A DNA stretch of 44,042 nt. It comes from Patescibacteria group bacterium. Lineage in GTDB: Bacteria; Patescibacteriota; Patescibacteriia; Magasanikbacterales; GWA2-37-8. The notes under the pieces are model-generated. The model ran no database searches and was not told where the DNA came from. It saw only the letters and a program-made list of their open reading frames with translations. Positions 25,136-33,754 of the stretch are shown one piece after another; within the stretch, counting starts at the first letter, position 1, and every line of letters begins with the position of its first letter. The stretch lies in assembly GCA_004321885.1 (NCBI GenBank), contig SCQK01000008.1:1-44042 (forward strand), given 5' to 3'. The translations under genes and the position numbers were made by a program.

Positions 25136-27496
25136 ATGCAAGAATCACGGCACTTAGAGTTTTTATTGGAAAGAGCTGGGATGCACGAAATGGAACGGCT
25201 TTTTGAAAAAGCCAAGCGGGATGTTTTGGATTTTTTGAATACGCCATATAAAGATTATGTTGAGAAATTGGACGATCAACAACCCGGCATACAATTTTTG
25301 CACAGCTCTGCTATTTTTGACGATTTTGAGAAAAAAATAAAAAATGTAATTGAAAAAGACCCGTCGCGTTTAAAAGTTGGCGCCATTAATTTTCTAAAAT
25401 TTTTATTGTTGAATGACAAAGCGGATGATTCACGAATTCCGCCAATTTTTGAAGATGTTTTCGTGAATTTTTATGACGATTCCGATACACCGACGCAAAA
25501 AACTTATCGGTCGTATCTTTACGAAAAAATAATAAAAGTTCTGATGAAGTTGAAAGGAAGCGATGCCGCTGTTGTAGAATGTCTGAAAGATATTGATTCA
25601 GTTGTATCCGTTAGCTTAATTGAGGATTTGCCACATGAGAAAGGCCGAGCGTACAAAATGTATAAGGGAAAATTTAATAAAGACATAAGCCCAGAGCAAT
25701 TTGACGTATTAAAACAAAGAAGACAAAAACAAATTGATGAAGGTGATATAGTGTATCGCGAGGATGCTTACGAAGAAACAGACATTGCGAATATAAATGA
25801 TGATAATTATAGAGTATATTATGATGAAGCATTTGAGGGGGAATTTTATGACGAAGAGGAGTATACATTTCCCAAAAAAACTGCTTTTAGGACGTGGAAC
25901 AAAAAGCAGGAAGTTGACCCGGTGGTCATTGACTATATAATTGAAAGCATTAGAACTGCTGAAACTGATTTTCGTGAAAATATTGATTTAATTTGTGAAA
26001 TTTTAAACAAAGACGCGGCGCGCGCCGGCAAAAAGTTGATGGAATTTGTCCAGCAAGAACAAAATCCGGTAAAAAAGTTAATCGCCACCAAGGTTTTATA
26101 TCGCCTGGAGTTCGGAAAAGTGGGAATGTCCGAAACAGGGTTGCGTTATTTGGACAAGCAGTTTGATTTGGGGGCGTACAACAATTCGGAAAATTTCGCG
26201 CATCGTCTTACGGGCGACGGCAAAGTGGGAATTTTTGACAAAAACAAACAAGCGCTCGGTTATTTCCAGTTGCACGGTCTGGATTCGCCGGAGCAAAAAT
26301 TAAAAGGTGATGTTTTGCGGTTCAGTTACGAGACATTGTTTCACCCCAAGCCGGGTGAAACGTCGAAAGAGCGCGCCGAGCGGGAGAAAATTTTGGAAGA
26401 ATTCAAGCAGAAATATTTTGACACTTATCTGCGGCAGGAAAAAGAAAAAGGAACCGGCAAGAGTTTTTATGAAGAAACCGGCGTGATGTTTAACAACTTA
26501 AGTTTTCCGGAACAGGGCTGGTTTTTGTGGTCTGTTTCGCATGCGAGCGAGGCGGATAAAAAACGCGCGATGGAGTTTATAAAAAAATATCGCGAGCCCG
26601 GGTTTAAGACGTTTTTATCGTTGGAACACGGGCAGGAAGGCGGGCGGGATATTTTGACTATCGGCGAAAATTTGGAACAGAAAACAGCCGAAGCGGTATT
26701 TCAAAAATATGGGCGGATAGTTGAAGCGACAAAGTCCATTGGCGGTTACATTGAGGCGCGGTTTGGCAAAGGGAAAAAATACAGCCAAGAGGACACGGAC
26801 AGAATTGTTGACAATCTGTTGAAAAGAGGGCAAAACTTACTTGCCGACACGGCCGATGAGATAGAAAAAGGCAAAGTAAAAGGCGAGATTATTTCCGAGA
26901 AATTGATGGAGAAGTTAAATTGTCTCCATGTGGATTTGCTGTTGTTCGCCAGCGCCTTCAAAGTATTTTCAAAAGATAAAAAAGAAATAAAATTTTCTGA
27001 AATAGAAGGAGTGGAACTGATTAGCAAGGACGCCAATGAGCTTGGAGAGCCGGAAAAAGAAGAAATGCGTAGAATTTTTATTGGCAACAGAAAAGAAGAG
27101 AAAGAGGAGTTTTCTGCGGAATATTTGGAAGAGCGGTCTAAACAATTTGATGAATCTGACCGCAAATATTATATCTTAAAAAAAGACGGCAAAGTCGTGT
27201 CATTTGCACGTTTCAACGAATTGCCGAACGGCAATTTGTATGTTTCTTTTATAAATACGGTTCCTGAAATAAAGGGCCATTCTATCGGTACCGCTTTTTT
27301 GAAGGTGGTTTTTGACCGAGAAACAACTAGTAGAGACGTAGAACTTAAAGTGCGCGTAGATAATCGCGTCGCCAAAAATTATCAAACAGATTTTGGTTTT
27401 AAAATAGTAGGTGAGCCGTTTGTTGATAAAAACGGGAAAAAGTATTTTAGGATGGTTCGGGAACCTTTGCGGGCGCGGCAGGAGAAGGCCGCATAG
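25136..27496 (+). CDS. Large hypothetical protein of 786 aa, AT-rich, with a C-terminal GNAT-like acetyltransferase fold.
   Basis: C-terminus …KVVSFARFNELPNGNLYVSFINTVPEIKGHSIGTAFLKVVF…VDNRVAKNYQTDFGFKIVGEPF…. By eye the GC content is lower than in neighbouring genes. Confidence 0.55.
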   Translation: MQESRHLEFLLERAGMHEMERLFEKAKRDVLDFLNTPYKDYVEKLDDQQPGIQFLHSSAIFDDFEKKIKNVIEKDPSRLKVGAINFLKFLLLNDKADDSRIPPIFEDVFVNFYDDSDTPTQKTYRSYLYEKIIKVLMKLKGSDAAVVECLKDIDSVVSVSLIEDLPHEKGRAYKMYKGKFNKDISPEQFDVLKQRRQKQIDEGDIVYREDAYEETDIANINDDNYRVYYDEAFEGEFYDEEEYTFPKKTAFRTWNKKQEVDPVVIDYIIESIRTAETDFRENIDLICEILNKDAARAGKKLMEFVQQEQNPVKKLIATKVLYRLEFGKVGMSETGLRYLDKQFDLGAYNNSENFAHRLTGDGKVGIFDKNKQALGYFQLHGLDSPEQKLKGDVLRFSYETLFHPKPGETSKERAEREKILEEFKQKYFDTYLRQEKEKGTGKSFYEETGVMFNNLSFPEQGWFLWSVSHASEADKKRAMEFIKKYREPGFKTFLSLEHGQEGGRDILTIGENLEQKTAEAVFQKYGRIVEATKSIGGYIEARFGKGKKYSQEDTDRIVDNLLKRGQNLLADTADEIEKGKVKGEIISEKLMEKLNCLHVDLLLFASAFKVFSKDKKEIKFSEIEGVELISKDANELGEPEKEEMRRIFIGNRKEEKEEFSAEYLEERSKQFDESDRKYYILKKDGKVVSFARFNELPNGNLYVSFINTVPEIKGHSIGTAFLKVVFDRETTSRDVELKVRVDNRVAKNYQTDFGFKIVGEPFVDKNGKKYFRMVREPLRARQEKAA

Positions 27497-28289
27497 GCGG
27501 CAAAGAATTCCAAATATATTCAAATAACGAGCGTTGCATCTGCGCTATATTTTTATCTTCAATGATGACTCCGATTTGTTGTTCCTCGGCAAGCGTGGAA
27601 TAACTGATGGTGTCGTTGTAAATTTGCATCCCAGTTTTGAAAGGATTTAACGCTTGCGGGATCAAACGCACTTCAAGCAAACGTGAACTCGGCGGCAAAT
27701 TTTTATATCTTTCCCTCGTAAATGGAGTATCAAGAGAGATTTGTTTTTTGTGAATTCCCAGTTCAATTCTTTTTTCAACATACTTTTTGTTCATTTCGCC
27801 TCCGTATTTAACCAAAGCTTCCATATCAATAAAAGTGTAAATTTCGCCTTTGGCTTTTAAAGAATCAAAAGTAACTTCTTTTATTCCTTCGGGACCTTCG
27901 TAAAATTTCACCCCGGGTTTGTGGTGGGCCAGGCGGTAGCTGGATTTAAGGTCGCCCAGCACGTCGCCGAGCATGGCTTTTTGGCGCTGGATTTCCTTTT
28001 CCTGGTCGGCCACAAAGTCCTCTAACTTTTCGGGCGGGGCGGCGTTGTACATGGTTTTCTTGCTTTTATCTCCTGCGCCGGGCTTTTTTTCGGTGGCCAA
28101 ATCAGACGCGATAAGGTTGTCCAGCACATAGTAGAGCATGGTGCGGGAAAAGTTGGTTTGCTGGCGCAGCTGGGGGATAGTGGCGTCGGGCGTTTTGAGC
28201 AAAACCTCATATAGCAAGGCCTCGTTTTCGCCCAGGCCCAGCTCTTTCAGGGTATTCTGGATAGTGGTATTTTGGTTAGCTTTCTGCAT
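27447..28289 (-). CDS. TrmB-family transcriptional regulator (N-terminal wHTH plus a C-terminal effector domain).
   Basis: …LGLGENEALLYEVLLKTPDATIPQLRQQTNFSRTMLYYVLDNL…. Convergent 50-nt overlap with the 786-aa gene. Confidence 0.6.
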   Translation of the reverse strand: MQKANQNTTIQNTLKELGLGENEALLYEVLLKTPDATIPQLRQQTNFSRTMLYYVLDNLIASDLATEKKPGAGDKSKKTMYNAAPPEKLEDFVADQEKEIQRQKAMLGDVLGDLKSSYRLAHHKPGVKFYEGPEGIKEVTFDSLKAKGEIYTFIDMEALVKYGGEMNKKYVEKRIELGIHKKQISLDTPFTRERYKNLPPSSRLLEVRLIPQALNPFKTGMQIYNDTISYSTLAEEQQIGVIIEDKNIAQMQRSLFEYIWNSLPPMRPSPAAPAKVPEPS

Positions 28290-28444
28290 ATTATTGACAT
28301 TTTTTTAGCTGTATAAAGCCATTATAGCACACTTTTAGATATTTGTCAAGAGCAGATTGACATATTTAGGCATTTAGAATAGAAATTGGCTTGGCTAAAA
28401 TTAGCCAAAAAAGAAAAAATAAGGCGGAAAGTGAGGCGTACCCC

Positions 28445-28473
28445 TTGACATATTTTAAGATATATGCTATAAT
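28445..28473 (+). promoter_or_regulatory. Near-consensus sigma70 promoter: TTGACA, a 17-nt spacer, TATAAT.
   Basis: TTGACA at 28445-28450 and TATAAT at 28468-28473. A weaker TTGACA-type promoter lies at 28357-28385. Confidence 0.6.
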
Positions 28474-28479
28474 GCTCTG

Positions 28480-28691
28480 TTAAGCTGGAAAATCTGAAAA
28501 AAGGGCTGAATAAGCACAAAGGGCTTAACAAACAGGGTGTCATTCTGAACGAAGTGAAGAATCCCTGTCGCACATTTCAATACAAATGGCGGATGACAGA
28601 ACCTGTGGAGGAGAGACCACGGGCGGACACAAAGCCAATTTTCTAAAAGCAATAGGGCCTCTCTCCAATTTGGATAGAGGCCCTTTTCGTT
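28480..28691 (+). ncRNA. Candidate small RNA of about 210 nt, bounded by the consensus promoter and an intrinsic terminator. Identity unknown.
   Basis: No ORF. It contains a P6-like internal hairpin (cagggtgtcattctgaacgaagtgaagaatccctg). Confidence 0.3.
28655..28691 (+). terminator. Intrinsic terminator gggcctctctcc-aatttg-gatagaggccc followed by ttttcgtt.
   Basis: An 11-12-bp stem with one mismatch, followed by a T-tract. Confidence 0.55.
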
Positions 28692-28734
28692 AGCGATGAG
28701 GCGAGCCGCTATAGCGGCAAGCCCATCCGGCTAA

Positions 28735-28752
28735 CGATCCGCCTTTGGCGGA
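28735..28752. repeat. P4 mini-hairpin (gATCCGCC-TTTGG-CGGAT).
   Basis: Further copies at 32303-32319 and 37217-37233. Confidence 0.5.
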
Positions 28753-29100
28753 TGTTGCTTACGCGGATGAGGGAGAGAACTTATTCATTTCCTCATCCGT
28801 TGAAGCAATGTGAACAACAAAGTTTCAACGCCACTTGTCGTGGATTGTACATTAAAATGCTCCTCCGCGAGTCCGGGCGACCGGTCCGCGGGTTGCGAAA
28901 AGCATCGTCTGGTTATTCGTATGAGTAGGAGAGAGTCCTACCGATAACAAGATGATTTCTCTGTTTGCTCCCGCCCAAGGCGGGAGACCGGGCGGAGAGT
29001 GTCCCACGATGCGGCGAAAGCCGAGTCCGGGCGCTCGCGGTCCGGCTATATGCCTACAGAGACATATAGTACCGAGTGCGCCCTAAATCCGATCACAACT

Positions 29101-29125
29101 GTCATCCTGAATTTATTTCAGGATC
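29101..29125. repeat. P5 hairpin (GTCATCCTGAA…TTCAGGATC).
   Basis: Second copy at 37111-37135. Confidence 0.5.
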
Positions 29126-29166
29126 TCCGTTCGGTCGGAGGCGGGGCAGACGATCCCATATCATTT

Positions 29167-29203
29167 CCTCCCCCTTAATAAGGGGGAGGTTAGGAGGGGG
29201 TAA
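29167..29203. repeat. P1 palindromic element.
   Basis: cctccccc-ttaataa-gggggaggttaggaggggg. Confidence 0.65.
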
Positions 29204-29320
29204 ATTGGATCGCCTGCCTCGCCGGAATCCTTGGAGAGAAAAGCGAGTCGGCGCTATTGAGAGAGTAGGCCTGGAGCACTTTGACAATTTATCCACTAAA
29301 GCTGGCAACTGTCGTTTTTT

Positions 29321-29354
29321 CTCCCCTCAATAAGGGGAGGACGAAGGAGGGGTG
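29321..29354. repeat. P1 palindromic element.
   Basis: ctcccctc-aataa-ggggaggacgaaggagggg. Confidence 0.65.
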
Positions 29355-29515
29355 TTGTCATTTTTAGTGGCGCCACCATGGTGGTGGCGAAAGAAAGGAG
29401 GTGCGCCATGAAGCGCACCTATCCGAGTGGGTTTCTTTAGATAAAAAAAAGAAACCCCGCGTTGTGGCTGGCATCCACTTTAATCACTGCCCGCGGCAGA
29501 CGCAGTTCTGTCGCG

Positions 29516-29575
29516 CCAACCAAACCTCGGCGGTTCACCAAGTAGCCGGGGAAGTCCTCGCGTCAGCGAGGGCGA
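29516..29575 (+). repeat. Direct repeat DR1 (…ttcaccaagtagccggggaagtcctcgcg-tcag-cgagggcga).
   Basis: Nearly identical to DR2 at 30041-30097; the two are about 520 bp apart. Confidence 0.6.
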
Positions 29576-30040
29576 GCGTGGCTCCGACGCCACTCGGACA
29601 ACGGTGCTGGCCGGAACAAACCAGCCGCGAGCCGCGATGCTAATATCTCCTATAAGTCGGCTGACATCCGACGAAGTGGAGAGAATGAGGCATCGCGAGG
29701 GGCGCGATAGACCCCGAAGGTGCCACACCATGGAGATGTGGTGTGGTGAGGAGACTCGTCTCCTCGGGTTCGCCCGAGGAGACGAGGAGGCCGTGCTTGT
29801 GGCGGCCCTGGCTGTCTTCGCGTTCGCGGAGGCGGCGGGGCTGCCGCGACCCAGCTTGAAGCTGGGTTGGATGGGGTGGAAGTATCTCACCCTGTCCAGC
29901 ACGCAGGAGGTGCAGCGACAGCTGCAGCTCCTGCGGGAGCACGGCCCCGCGGGTTACTGGGTGGCAGCCACCCGGTAGCCGGGCGGTTGGTGGACCGCTG
30001 TCAAAAACCACCCGTCTAAGCGCTCAATCGCTTAGACGCC

Positions 30041-30097
30041 CACCAAACCCCGGCAATTCACCAAGTAGCCGGGGAAGTCCTCGCGACGCGAGGGCGA
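30041..30097 (+). repeat. Direct repeat DR2.
   Basis: See DR1. Confidence 0.6.
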
Positions 30098-30238
30098 TAG
30101 TCCGGTCATCCGACCGGACAAGCGCTCGGAGGCGAACAAGCACATGTTCGCCTTTCCGATTACTCTTTTCACCGCAATAGTGCGGTGGAAGGAGTTGAGG
30201 AAAACAAAAAACAGCTTGCAAGCGCGAGCTGCCTTTAG

Positions 30239-30314
30239 TGGTGGACCCGACGGGAGTTGAACCCGTTCCTCTACTTGTCAATGGTAGCATGCTAACCGTT
30301 TACACCACGGGCCC
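30239..30314 (-). tRNA. tRNA of 76 nt with an encoded CCA. The anticodon loop is AUUGACA, so the apparent anticodon is UGA (nominally Ser), but it has a short type-I variable loop. The isotype is uncertain.
   Basis: Minus-strand cloverleaf. Acceptor GGGCCCG/CGGGTCC, D-arm GTGT-AAACGGTTA-GCAT, anticodon arm CTACC-ATTGACA-AGTAG, T-arm ACGGG-TTCAACT-CCCGT, discriminator A, then CCA. A TATAAT about 20 nt upstream of the 5' end. Confidence 0.7.
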
Positions 30315-30550
30315 CAGAGTCCACCGGGTCTAATTATAACACAAAAGTCCCTTCCTAAGAAGGGACTCATGTGTGACAAGTAGATGTAAACCCACGATGT
30401 ATAGGTTCATGCTACCAAAATTACATTATCAAGAAAGTAGTATTTTGTCAAGATTAAATTATCCACAGGCGATTTCCACTTCAAGCGTCACGCTTTATTG
30501 GCGTTATGCTTGAGGCGGGAATGGTTCCCGCCCTATGAAAGGAGGGCGCC

Positions 30551-31411
30551 ATGAAGAGCGCCCAGAAGAAGGGGCCGCCGAGCCCCTCGTCTCGGCACAA
30601 CGACCTCGCCTCCCAACACAGGGGGGTGAAGAGCGGAGGAGCCCTCCCCTCCGGCGACGCCAAGTCGCCGAAGAGGAGGCCCTCCAAGATCAACAGCCGC
30701 CAGTTGGAGGGAATGGAATTTCAGTATCTGCTCCTTGACGGGCTTTGGGTCAAATGCAAGCAGTTTGGCTTAAGCGAGCGCAACAATACGGTTCTGCTCT
30801 GCGCCCTGGGCATCACCAAAGAGGGCAAAAGAGAGATCGTTGGCTTTATGACGAGTGACGCCGAGGACGCCGAAAGCTGGGGGCAGATGCTCGCCAATTT
30901 GAAAGAGCGCGGATTGAATAAGGACAAACTCGAGCTGGTCATTGCCGACGACAACGCCGGACTGGTTTCAGCCGTAGGCCACTATCTGCCGGGGGTTAAA
31001 TTACAAAAGTCCGAATGAAGTTATTAAAGAAGTGGTGCTGTGAAAACTTGACTTTTTAGCCACAAAAAGCAAATTGCCGCCGATGTCAAAATTATCTATC
31101 AGTCCAACAGTAGAGAAGAGGCCACCGAGCGGATGAAACAATTCGCCAGGAAGTGGTACGTGGCCGAAGAGAAAGCCGTGAACAGTTTGCGCTTCAATTT
31201 TGAAAAAACATTGACCTACTTTGATTGGCCGCCCGACACCTGGAAAAAAATCAGGACCACCAACATTTTGGAAAGAGAGTTCCGGGAAGTCCGGCGTCGC
31301 ATCAAGGTGTTTGATAATTCGTTCAACGACCAAAACAGCTTACTCCGATACGGCAATTCCATTTTTGACAATCTTAATAATCATTACCCTGCAAAAAGTT
31401 ATACACACTAA
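30551..31411 (+). pseudogene. Degraded IS256-family (Mutator-like) transposase. The N-terminal third is missing and there is a frameshift or deletion between about 31018 and 31090.
   Basis: Fragment 1 is …FQYLLLDGLWVKCK…REIVGFMTSDAEDAESWGQMLANLKERGL…LVIADDNAGLVSAVGHYLPGVKLQ. Fragment 2, in a different frame, is …KQFARKWY…FDWPPDTWKKIRTTNILEREFREVRRRIKVF…. Confidence 0.65.
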
Positions 31412-31504
31412 AGGTTGACAGTACCCGCACAATCGCCGCACTTCCGTCATAGATTTTGATTTTTTGAAATTTGTGACGGGAGAATAAATTTTAACATCAA
31501 TTGT

Positions 31505-31831
31505 ATGGAAAAATTTAACCCAAACGAATTCGTAAAATACAACGATCAAACAGACAGCCAAGAGCCGCAATTCAAAAAATTTGATGATCTGCCGGCTAAG
31601 TATAAAGATCAATTTAAACCTGCACCTGGTGGAGGATTCGCCAGAATTGAAGCCGAAGAAAATATCAATAAAGCGCGAAATATGGCGATAGCTGAAAACA
31701 ATCGGCGAGAAGCGGCGCTGGCGTACCAGAAAAAAAGTGAGCGGCAGTTGGCGCGAATAATCGCCGAAGCGGAAGAGCAGGGAGAAATAGCGGGTGCGGC
31801 ATACGAAGAAGGAGCGGAAGAAAAAAAATAA
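31505..31831 (+). CDS. Hypothetical 108-aa protein, Lys/Glu-rich.
   Basis: ORF only. Confidence 0.35.
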   Translation: MEKFNPNEFVKYNDQTDSQEPQFKKFDDLPAKYKDQFKPAPGGGFARIEAEENINKARNMAIAENNRREAALAYQKKSERQLARIIAEAEEQGEIAGAAYEEGAEEKK

Positions 31832-31945
31832 GCCAAAGGCGAGCGGGCAAACCGGTCGCCTCTTCAATTTAATTTCAGAAATTTTGTTTGTAAAAAATTT
31901 AGGAATTGGATTGAGGAAATCAAATCCTCGAAAAGGAGAGCCAAG

Positions 31946-32245
31946 ATGTCGTCGATTTTGATCGAGAGGGTTGTGATATTCGCGGACTTGGTGAGGGCGT
32001 TGGTGACGATCAATGACGGTCAGTTGCTGTACGCGGGGGGCCGCCTTCGTGGCGGCTCTCGCGAGGCGGCGGGGGCGGCGGTCGCCTCCGCAAAGGAGAT
32101 CGTTCTTGTGCGGGGCGGCGTGGAGGTGATGCGAATTCCGGTTGACGCGTTTAGGCACGAGCGGGTTTGGTCCCGCGCGTGCGTTCAGGTTTGCGATGGG
32201 GTCGATCTGGCCCGCGTCGCCCGCATGTGGTACGGGGACTTGTAG
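31946..32245 (+). CDS. Hypothetical 99-aa protein, GC-rich, with a strong RBS (aaggagag-N7-ATG).
   Basis: A good SD. It sits at the head of the MoxR/vWA module. Confidence 0.45.
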   Translation: MSSILIERVVIFADLVRALVTINDGQLLYAGGRLRGGSREAAGAAVASAKEIVLVRGGVEVMRIPVDAFRHERVWSRACVQVCDGVDLARVARMWYGDL

Positions 32246-32255
32246 TACTCGGTTG

Positions 32256-32285
32256 GTGAACGTCGCGCATTCTTGACGTTCACCT
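32256..32285. promoter_or_regulatory. Perfect 10-bp inverted repeat ggtgaacgtc-N10-gacgttcacc overlapping a TTGACG -35-like hexamer. Candidate operator/promoter for the MoxR gene.
   Basis: Located 158 nt upstream of the MoxR ATG. A P4 mini-hairpin follows at 32303-32319. Confidence 0.4.
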
Positions 32286-32442
32286 GCCCATCATAATTTT
32301 TTATCCGCCTTGGGCGGATTGAAAATTGCGATGGGGACCCAAACCGCGGGGTTGTCCTGCGTGGAGGGAAAAGTGAGAGAGCTTTGCCCTCCCCAGGGCA
32401 AGCCCAATCCGAGCGCCAACAATAGGTGCGAGGAGGTTTGCG

Positions 32443-33528
32443 ATGTACCAGAAAATTCTCGTTATTCTTTCGACGATGTTCGTGTTCGTCGAGGAGATCG
32501 CCCGTCTCCTCGGTCTCGCATTCGAGAGCAAGAAGTTTGTGATCATCTTCGGTCCCGCTGGGCATGGGAAGTCAGAGATGGTCAAGGCGGTGGTGGAGGG
32601 GCTCGGCCTGGACGGCGAGACCTTCTACCAGTTTTTTGGGGAAGGCATGGATGAGAGTAGACTCTTCGGCGGGCTTAACTTTAAGAAGCTCGAAGAGGAG
32701 AAAATTCTCGAGTATTACCCCGAGAAGAGCTTTCTGGCTGCTCGGGTAGCAGTGTTCGAGGAGCTGTTCGACGCGCCAGCGTCGGTGCTCCTGGCGCTCA
32801 AGGACGTATTGACAGCACGTGAGCTTCGGAACGGCGCGCAACGTTTCAAGATGCGCACCGAGCTCATCATCTGCCTCACGAATAAGGAGCCGAGCGAGAT
32901 TTCTGATCTCGGTCCGGCGGCGCACGCACTGATCGAGCGCTTCCCGTTACAGCTCAATCTCAAGTGGCGTGATTATTCCGCCAAGTCGTATCTTGAGATG
33001 TTCGATAAGATCGCGGCGCGGTTGGGCGGCCCGGTGATGAACGGTTTCAAGGCCGTTCTCGCCGAGATTCTCGCCAACGCCTCGGCGAACGGAAATTTCG
33101 TGTCGCCGAGGACCGCGGTTCACGCGCTCCAGGTCTGTCAGGCCGCTGCTTCGATGCGTGGTTCCGACCACGTAGAGAAGCAGGATCTCACAGATCTGCG
33201 TTTCCTCCCAGGTCTGGAGGGTCTCGCTGAGACCATCCAGAAGGACCTCGAAGCGGCGATGGAGAGGGCGGCGGCGGAGGCCAAGGTGGTGGAGGCAGAG
33301 CGTAAGCTCGCCACCATCATCGCGTCGCTGGCTGAGGCGATGGCGGCGAAGAGCCCCATCAAGCTTCTCCAGTCGGCGAAGTGTCTCACGGCCTTCGGCG
33401 ACGAGGCCGCTGCGTTGAAGGTCACCGACGGTCTCACCGACCGTCGCAAGCGGCTCCGCGACGCGGCCTCGGAAAAGGCCGCCGAGGCCCAGAAGCTCGC
33501 GCTGGAGAACACGCGCGTCGCGGCGTAG
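32443..33528 (+). CDS. MoxR-like AAA+ ATPase.
   Basis: Walker A FGPAGHGKSE. The second region …ELFDAPASVLLALKDVLTAREL… is the kind of hydrophobic stretch where a Walker B could lie, but no acidic DE/DD pair is evident. The downstream partner is a vWA protein. SD gaggagg. Confidence 0.65.
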   Translation: MYQKILVILSTMFVFVEEIARLLGLAFESKKFVIIFGPAGHGKSEMVKAVVEGLGLDGETFYQFFGEGMDESRLFGGLNFKKLEEEKILEYYPEKSFLAARVAVFEELFDAPASVLLALKDVLTARELRNGAQRFKMRTELIICLTNKEPSEISDLGPAAHALIERFPLQLNLKWRDYSAKSYLEMFDKIAARLGGPVMNGFKAVLAEILANASANGNFVSPRTAVHALQVCQAAASMRGSDHVEKQDLTDLRFLPGLEGLAETIQKDLEAAMERAAAEAKVVEAERKLATIIASLAEAMAAKSPIKLLQSAKCLTAFGDEAAALKVTDGLTDRRKRLRDAASEKAAEAQKLALENTRVAA

Positions 33529-33754
33529 GTTCTCCCGAGGTCAGACTAAGACCTCGTAAAAATAAAAAAGAAAATTCCGTCGCCGGGCAACCTGCGGCGT
33601 TATATAGCCCAGTCATCTGACTGGGCAAGCACTCGAAGGCGGGCTCTGCTTGCACAAGCATCTCGCCCTTCGACTTTTGAAGCAAAAAATTTTTGAATCA
33701 GAAGTCGGAGCAATAGTGCTCCAAATTTCCCCCGCAGTGCGGGAGGAGGGCGTA

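Noticed and set aside
28357-28385. A first TTGACA promoter upstream of the strong one.
   Set aside because: The -10 options are poor: TAGAAT at the wrong spacing, or TAGAAA. It is retained only as a note within the promoter feature.
28990-29060. A GAAAG-CCGA-GUCCGGGCGCUC stretch resembling the RNase P RNA P4 5' strand.
   Set aside because: There is an insertion within the motif. I could not find the partner ACAGAA-CCGGCUUA or the GGUGCGGUAAGAGCGCACC motif on either strand. It is left as part of the unexplained structured region.
29076-30290. Seven overlapping 60-140-aa ORFs on both strands in the GC-rich stretch.
   Set aside because: They overlap one another, are Arg/Pro/Gly-rich, and have no start context. 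Overlapping ORFs of this kind are expected by chance in 65% GC non-coding DNA. The region is treated as non-coding.
30551-30718. The N-terminal 56 aa of the ORF at 30551 (MKSAQKKGPPSPSS…) as a genuine transposase N-terminus.
   Set aside because: It has no resemblance to IS256 N-terminal HTH regions. It is Pro/Ser/Arg-rich and probably read-through of non-coding DNA before the homologous part starts at about 30719.
33543-33563. The hairpin cgaggtc-agactaa-gacctcg after the MoxR gene, as a terminator.
   Set aside because: It is followed by an A-rich rather than a U-rich tract on the coding strand. It is more likely an intercistronic structure, since the vWA gene follows with its own SD.
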